Both the position numbers and the translations under genes were made by a program. A DNA stretch of 64,000 nucleotides from a virus, in IMG/VR virus record IMGVR_UViG_3300045988_159943, positions 32,309 through 96,308 of that record; one strand, 5' to 3'. Of this stretch, positions 60,063 to 64,000 are shown piece by piece (the stretch's first letter is position 1; the number at the start of each line of letters is the position of its first letter). Below the pieces are notes generated by a model, which was not told the DNA's origin, made no database searches, and was given only the letters and a program-made list of their open reading frames with translations.

Positions 60063-60281
60063 TTATTCAGCCGTTGCCTCTTTCTTGGATTCTGCAATTT
60101 CTCTATTAATCTGAGCAAAGGCCTCTTCAAACTCAGGTGTACGCTTAAAAACAAAAACAGTTTTGTCGTGGTTGTCTCTATCTGGCTTAAAATCAAAAAC
60201 AGGAACTCCCATTTTAGAATGAAGCCGTCTTGCTACACCTGCATTTCTAATACATTTGTACTCTTTTCTAATATCTTCCAT
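60063..60281 (-). CDS. small paralog-family protein (DUF5659-like), copy E
   Basis: GVARRLHSKMGVPVFDF...KTVFVFKRTPEFEEAFAQI fits the family pattern. Confidence 0.45.
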   Translation of the reverse strand: MEDIRKEYKCIRNAGVARRLHSKMGVPVFDFKPDRDNHDKTVFVFKRTPEFEEAFAQINREIAESKKEATAE

Positions 60282-60295
60282 GTTGTTTTTCCTCC

Positions 60296-60310
60296 ATAAT
60301 TTTGTATTGT
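60296..60310 (-). promoter_or_regulatory. conserved motif copy 8 (ACAATACAAAATTAT, followed by GGAGGAAAAACAACATG)
   Basis: Exact 15-mer directly abutting the RBS of 60063..60281. Confidence 0.5.
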
Positions 60311-61510
60311 TTAAAAAGTAATATTATATGAACAAATTTTACCGTCTTCTTCATTAAAAATACATAAAGTTTGTCCAGCCTTAGAATAAAGGCGCTTGTT
60401 ATTTGCATACTCATCAGTTCCACATAATGAACTAACAAGCACATTTTCTATTCCATAAAAATCAATTGACTCGCTATGATGTTTATCTCCAGAAAAGACG
60501 TATTCAACATCAAAACCAAATTGCTTGCTAAATAACATATGCATGTCTGTTCCTAATTTTTTGAAGCTATCTAAATCTCCATGAGTACCAATTACATCAT
60601 GACCACAAATGTTACAATAAATAAATTCATAAAATACGTTTTGACTAATAGATACTTTGTTATTATCTTTAAATCTTTGTTCTAGCCACCATGGTACAAT
60701 AGATTCTAAATTATCTGAATGAATGCTATCTTCTTTTTTTTGAACAATTCGTGCGTGATTGCCATAGGTAGAATACACATAAACATGATTTACATACTGT
60801 GATAATATATAAATAACCTCAGCAAGTAATTCTGAGGCATGCATCAACTGTTCACAGACATTTTCTTCTGAGGCAACCCTACAGGAAGTATGACATGCCC
60901 CATGTATCAAATCTCCAAGAACCATAATATGTAAATTGTTTACGCTATGTAGTTTTAAATATTCCCTTGCTTTACGTATAAACTTGTGTAATCTTGCTTC
61001 GCAAATTTGAACATTATATTTGTTCCAAACATTATCAGTGACCATGCCATAATGCCAGTCGGCAAAACAAATTAATGCATCATTTTTTGCATTAGTATTA
61101 TGATTTTCATCACAAGAAAAAGACTTTCCAAAATTAAGTCTGTTTGCCGCCTTAATAAGTTCTTCTTCTAGATGTTCAGAACGAGCATCGTATGTCAATA
61201 ACTTATTATATTCTCTTCGCTGATCCTGAAGTTGCTTCTTAGCCTTATATAATTCATCTTTTTCTTCTTGAATTTTCTTCAAATATTCATCATCAGAAAA
61301 GGCCCACTTCTCGTGAGCCTTCAATCCATTCTGAAAATATTGATATTTCTTTCGATATGCTGATGATGTATAGTTATTATTAAGTGCTCCATTTATAATA
61401 TCTGCAATTTCTTGCCAAGTCATACCAGAGCTATCTTTCATAGAGCAGATTCTAAATATATACTGCTCTTCATTTTCTTCATTTGGCTTAAATGCTAAAT
61501 CATTCATCAT
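60311..61510 (-). CDS. metallophosphoesterase with N-terminal HTH-like region
   Basis: Motifs LICFADWHYG, MVLGDLIHG, YGNHA, GTHGD and SGDKHHSE. Start corrected to MMNDLAFK, with RBS GAGGAG. Overlaps the stop of the upstream HU-like gene by 11 nt. Confidence 0.65.
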   Translation of the reverse strand: MMNDLAFKPNEENEEQYIFRICSMKDSSGMTWQEIADIINGALNNNYTSSAYRKKYQYFQNGLKAHEKWAFSDDEYLKKIQEEKDELYKAKKQLQDQRREYNKLLTYDARSEHLEEELIKAANRLNFGKSFSCDENHNTNAKNDALICFADWHYGMVTDNVWNKYNVQICEARLHKFIRKAREYLKLHSVNNLHIMVLGDLIHGACHTSCRVASEENVCEQLMHASELLAEVIYILSQYVNHVYVYSTYGNHARIVQKKEDSIHSDNLESIVPWWLEQRFKDNNKVSISQNVFYEFIYCNICGHDVIGTHGDLDSFKKLGTDMHMLFSKQFGFDVEYVFSGDKHHSESIDFYGIENVLVSSLCGTDEYANNKRLYSKAGQTLCIFNEEDGKICSYNITF

Positions 61511-61841
61511 CAGAAAACTCCTCATTTTCATCTTCCAGCGCATTGATTCTATTTCTATAAGATTGCTTAAATTTACAATATGGAATCAACTTTTCTGGAG
61601 TAATAATTTCACTTCTATCCCTTGGGTCGCAATAGGGACGCTCTGGCAATCGTTTTGCACCCAACCTCCATCCTGAAAAAAGTCGTATCTCTGATGGTTC
61701 ATCAAATGTAGCTGTGTTCATAGCCTCAATAATTATATTATCAAGTTCTTCAAGAACAATTTTTAATTCACGCTTATAAAAACCTGTACGTTCACTTAGT
61801 TCATCTATAACATCTTTTTGTGTCATATAAGTTGAAATCAT
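61500..61841 (-). CDS. HU/IHF-like DNA-binding protein
   Basis: TQKDVIDELSERTGFYKRELKIVLEEL...IRLFSGWRLGAKRLPERPYCDPRDRSEIITPEKLIPYCKFKQ aligns with the HU fold (arm with conserved R/P). Confidence 0.55.
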   Translation of the reverse strand: MISTYMTQKDVIDELSERTGFYKRELKIVLEELDNIIIEAMNTATFDEPSEIRLFSGWRLGAKRLPERPYCDPRDRSEIITPEKLIPYCKFKQSYRNRINALEDENEEFSDDE

Positions 61842-61875
61842 TTTGCACCACCTACCTTTTTTAAAATGTTAAGTA

Positions 61876-62064
61876 TTATTCTTCTTGCCCATACTCTTCT
61901 GCATAAGCAATAGATAGGGTACATTCTCTTGCATCAAATTCTTGGGCCAAAGATGCAACAGGGATTACTTCACCAGTATTTGCATCCTCAAAAGAGATAA
62001 CATTGTTCTCTACATAGAGAATTGCCTTGATGCTTAGAGTGTGTTTCTTATTAATCTTAGACAT
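61876..62064 (-). CDS. hypothetical small protein (62 aa)
   Basis: ORF with RBS AAGAAGGAACTAGAATG; motif copy 9 lies 110 nt upstream. Confidence 0.3.
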   Translation of the reverse strand: MSKINKKHTLSIKAILYVENNVISFEDANTGEVIPVASLAQEFDARECTLSIAYAEEYGQEE

Positions 62065-62173
62065 TCTAGTTCCTTCTTTCTGTATTTATTGCATTGATAG
62101 ACGTATAAATATTCATCTCTTCTATCACTACTATTGTTTTTTGAGGACATTAAAAAAACGCAACAATTTACTA

Positions 62174-62188
62174 ATAATTTTGTACTGT
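62174..62188 (-). promoter_or_regulatory. conserved motif copy 9, variant (ACAGTACAAAATTAT)
   Basis: One mismatch to the consensus; in the 152-nt gap 62065-62216. Confidence 0.4.
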
Positions 62189-62216
62189 GGTAATTAAAAA
62201 AACAACTGACCACAAC

Positions 62217-63134
62217 TTATTTTATCCTTCTTAACTCTCGCATTGTCTCAGTTTTTTTATTCCGCCTATATATCTGATAACACTCATCACATAAATGTTT
62301 TGTCATATTTCTAGCGTCTACCTCAAACTCTTTTCCACATTCTAGATTAGCACATTTCAGTATTTTATACTCAACTTTATTATATTTAGGGGCACACTTT
62401 CTGCAATATTGAGTATTTGTTTTAGATTTAAATAATCTTCCACAACTCTTACACTCTTTATATCCGCCATTTTTCCAATTTAAATAAGTGAATGCCAATT
62501 CTTTATAATTACTCTCATCCAATTCTAAAACAATTTCATCATCAAGATTATATGAAACATAATTAAGTCTATAAATAACACTATTTTTTCTAGATCCATA
62601 AATCTCACGTTGAGCAAAACTGCCATTTTCTCTATCTTTAAATAAGAAATTTAAGAAATACGCCCTCTCTTTATATGGGCATGGCACCCGTGCAAGCTTA
62701 AAAATATCACTAATACTAAGATAAGAACTATTCCTTTCCTTACCGCTACACTGTGCGTGATATTTTGCATCTGCCAACAAAACAAATGCTATTTTTTCCT
62801 GTTTTTCATCATTTAAAGAAGATATTTTGTCCAATTCTCCTTTTGTAATAGGAACAGTTATGATATCTTTCCATACGCCGCTGTCTTTTACACCATTTAT
62901 GCACTCTTTTACTCGTTTAATACTACGTTGTTCGTGAAAATCTAAGGCGTTTAAATTCATATAACTCACTATACGTCGATAGCTTTTATCTTTATCAAAA
63001 CCTAAAGCAAAATAACAATATCTCGCTAATAATCGAATTGTCTTCATTGGGGCATTATTATCAACATAATTTGCTTCAATCATACTCTCAATATACTCTT
63101 TTTCGTTAAAAATATAGTCAACCATCTTGTTCAC
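62217..63134 (-). CDS. zinc-ribbon-rich protein (four CxxC pairs at the C-terminus)
   Basis: CKSCGRLF...CRKCAP...CANLECGKEF...CDECY. Confidence 0.35.
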   Translation of the reverse strand: MNKMVDYIFNEKEYIESMIEANYVDNNAPMKTIRLLARYCYFALGFDKDKSYRRIVSYMNLNALDFHEQRSIKRVKECINGVKDSGVWKDIITVPITKGELDKISSLNDEKQEKIAFVLLADAKYHAQCSGKERNSSYLSISDIFKLARVPCPYKERAYFLNFLFKDRENGSFAQREIYGSRKNSVIYRLNYVSYNLDDEIVLELDESNYKELAFTYLNWKNGGYKECKSCGRLFKSKTNTQYCRKCAPKYNKVEYKILKCANLECGKEFEVDARNMTKHLCDECYQIYRRNKKTETMRELRRIK

Positions 63135-63984
63135 CTCCTATATTTGCAACAACCATAGTAAATTGACTTCCCATACATTCAAAATCACCATCTTGCTCTA
63201 CTTTTTTAGGATATAATACATCTCCGCTCGTATGTCTTAAAAGATTATCAACAATGATATCACCACAAAGCTGCCAAACAATTTCTTTTTGATTGCGTCC
63301 AGAATAGCAAATATCTATTAAAATATCACACAGCATAACATCATCTGGGCATATAATATGGCACTGTTCACTAAACCAATCAACTACAGAGTCTTTATAG
63401 TCTGATAATTCTTCTCCAGAGAAGTCATCGTTAAACTCAAAAACAACTGTTTTAATGCTATTTTTGTATTTTTTATAAATTTGATCAATTTTATGCTTAA
63501 TACTAGGATTATATTGTCTTCCGCTTTTCAAAATTGAATAATCAAAAGGTTGTCTATCTTTTAATTTGAATTCATCCATATACTCTTCAATTTTAAAGCA
63601 AATTTTATTCATTGTGGATTGAGACATGTCCATTGGATTGCTCCTCAAATATGCGTCTACAAAATCACACTGCTCTTCTGTTTTATTTTCTAGGGACAAA
63701 AGTTCTTGTAGTGAGATTCCCCAATACATTGGGGCCTCTAATTCATATTTTTCTACATATTTTTTGTATTTTTCCATCTCAGAAGCATAATTATAGATAA
63801 AAAAGTAGGGTTTTCTATTCGCACAAAGTTTTTGGTATAGTTTTTTACGTGCTTTTTCATCAGAACTATCATCATCTTTGATTTTATTGGCTTTTTGGTC
63901 GTACCAACCTTTTGGCATTGGATTAGAGATAATTCCCTTGGCTTTATCTATTTCGGCCTGTTGTTGGGCTTGACCACACTGCAC
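63118..63984 (-). CDS. hypothetical protein (N-terminus may extend beyond the window end)
   Basis: ORF reaching to within 16 nt of the window edge. Confidence 0.35.
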   Translation of the reverse strand: MQCGQAQQQAEIDKAKGIISNPMPKGWYDQKANKIKDDDSSDEKARKKLYQKLCANRKPYFFIYNYASEMEKYKKYVEKYELEAPMYWGISLQELLSLENKTEEQCDFVDAYLRSNPMDMSQSTMNKICFKIEEYMDEFKLKDRQPFDYSILKSGRQYNPSIKHKIDQIYKKYKNSIKTVVFEFNDDFSGEELSDYKDSVVDWFSEQCHIICPDDVMLCDILIDICYSGRNQKEIVWQLCGDIIVDNLLRHTSGDVLYPKKVEQDGDFECMGSQFTMVVANIGGEQDG

Positions 63985-64000
63985 TCTATAGTATAAAATC

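Noticed and set aside
1-64000. tRNA genes, CRISPR arrays, integrase/recombinase, diversity-generating retroelement (reverse transcriptase plus template/variable repeats)
   Set aside because: No cloverleaf-like GC-rich ~75-nt segment was seen in the few intergenic gaps, no regularly spaced repeats were seen, and no reverse transcriptase or recombinase motifs were found in any ORF. The fibre-gene repeats are in-frame protein repeats, not a template/variable pair adjacent to a reverse transcriptase.

Overview
The window is a contiguous late/structural region of a large tailed phage or prophage. It is AT-rich (roughly one-third GC by eye) and uses Firmicutes-style strong Shine-Dalgarno sites. Essentially every real gene is on the minus strand; the plus-strand ORFs in the track overlap minus-strand genes and are judged spurious.

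Gene order along the minus strand (high to low coordinate):
- Upstream block: zinc-ribbon and unknown proteins, an HU-like DNA-binding protein, and an HTH-metallophosphoesterase.
- Packaging and head: a TerS-like protein, large terminase, portal, two small paralogs, a free-standing HNH homing endonuclease, a protease/scaffold-like protein, a capsid candidate and head-completion proteins.
- Tail: major tail protein, then a 2367-aa multidomain giant with a CotH-like domain, leucine-rich repeats, Flg_new repeats and a LamG domain.
- After the giant: an XkdW/XkdX-like pair and a long operon of tail-fibre and receptor-binding proteins. These include Phage_fiber_2 repeats, Flg_new repeats, a discoidin domain, a metallophosphoesterase, an S74 intramolecular-chaperone fibre, and a second homing-endonuclease-like gene.
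- Lysis module: a membrane protein, an amidase_2 endolysin, two holin-like proteins, a membrane-anchored protein and a CHAP+PG_binding_1 endolysin.
- 3' end: a RuvC-like resolvase, a tail-assembly-chaperone-like gene, and a tape measure protein of at least about 3088 aa that runs off the window start.

Non-canonical signals:
- A roughly 15-20 nt conserved motif (minus strand ACA[A/G]TAC[A/T]AAATTAT) recurs nine times immediately upstream of gene starts, looking like a phage-specific promoter.
- A family of five small paralogous proteins resembling DUF5659 is scattered through the module.
- Several rho-independent terminators punctuate the minus-strand transcription units.

No tRNA, CRISPR array, integrase or transposase was recognised.
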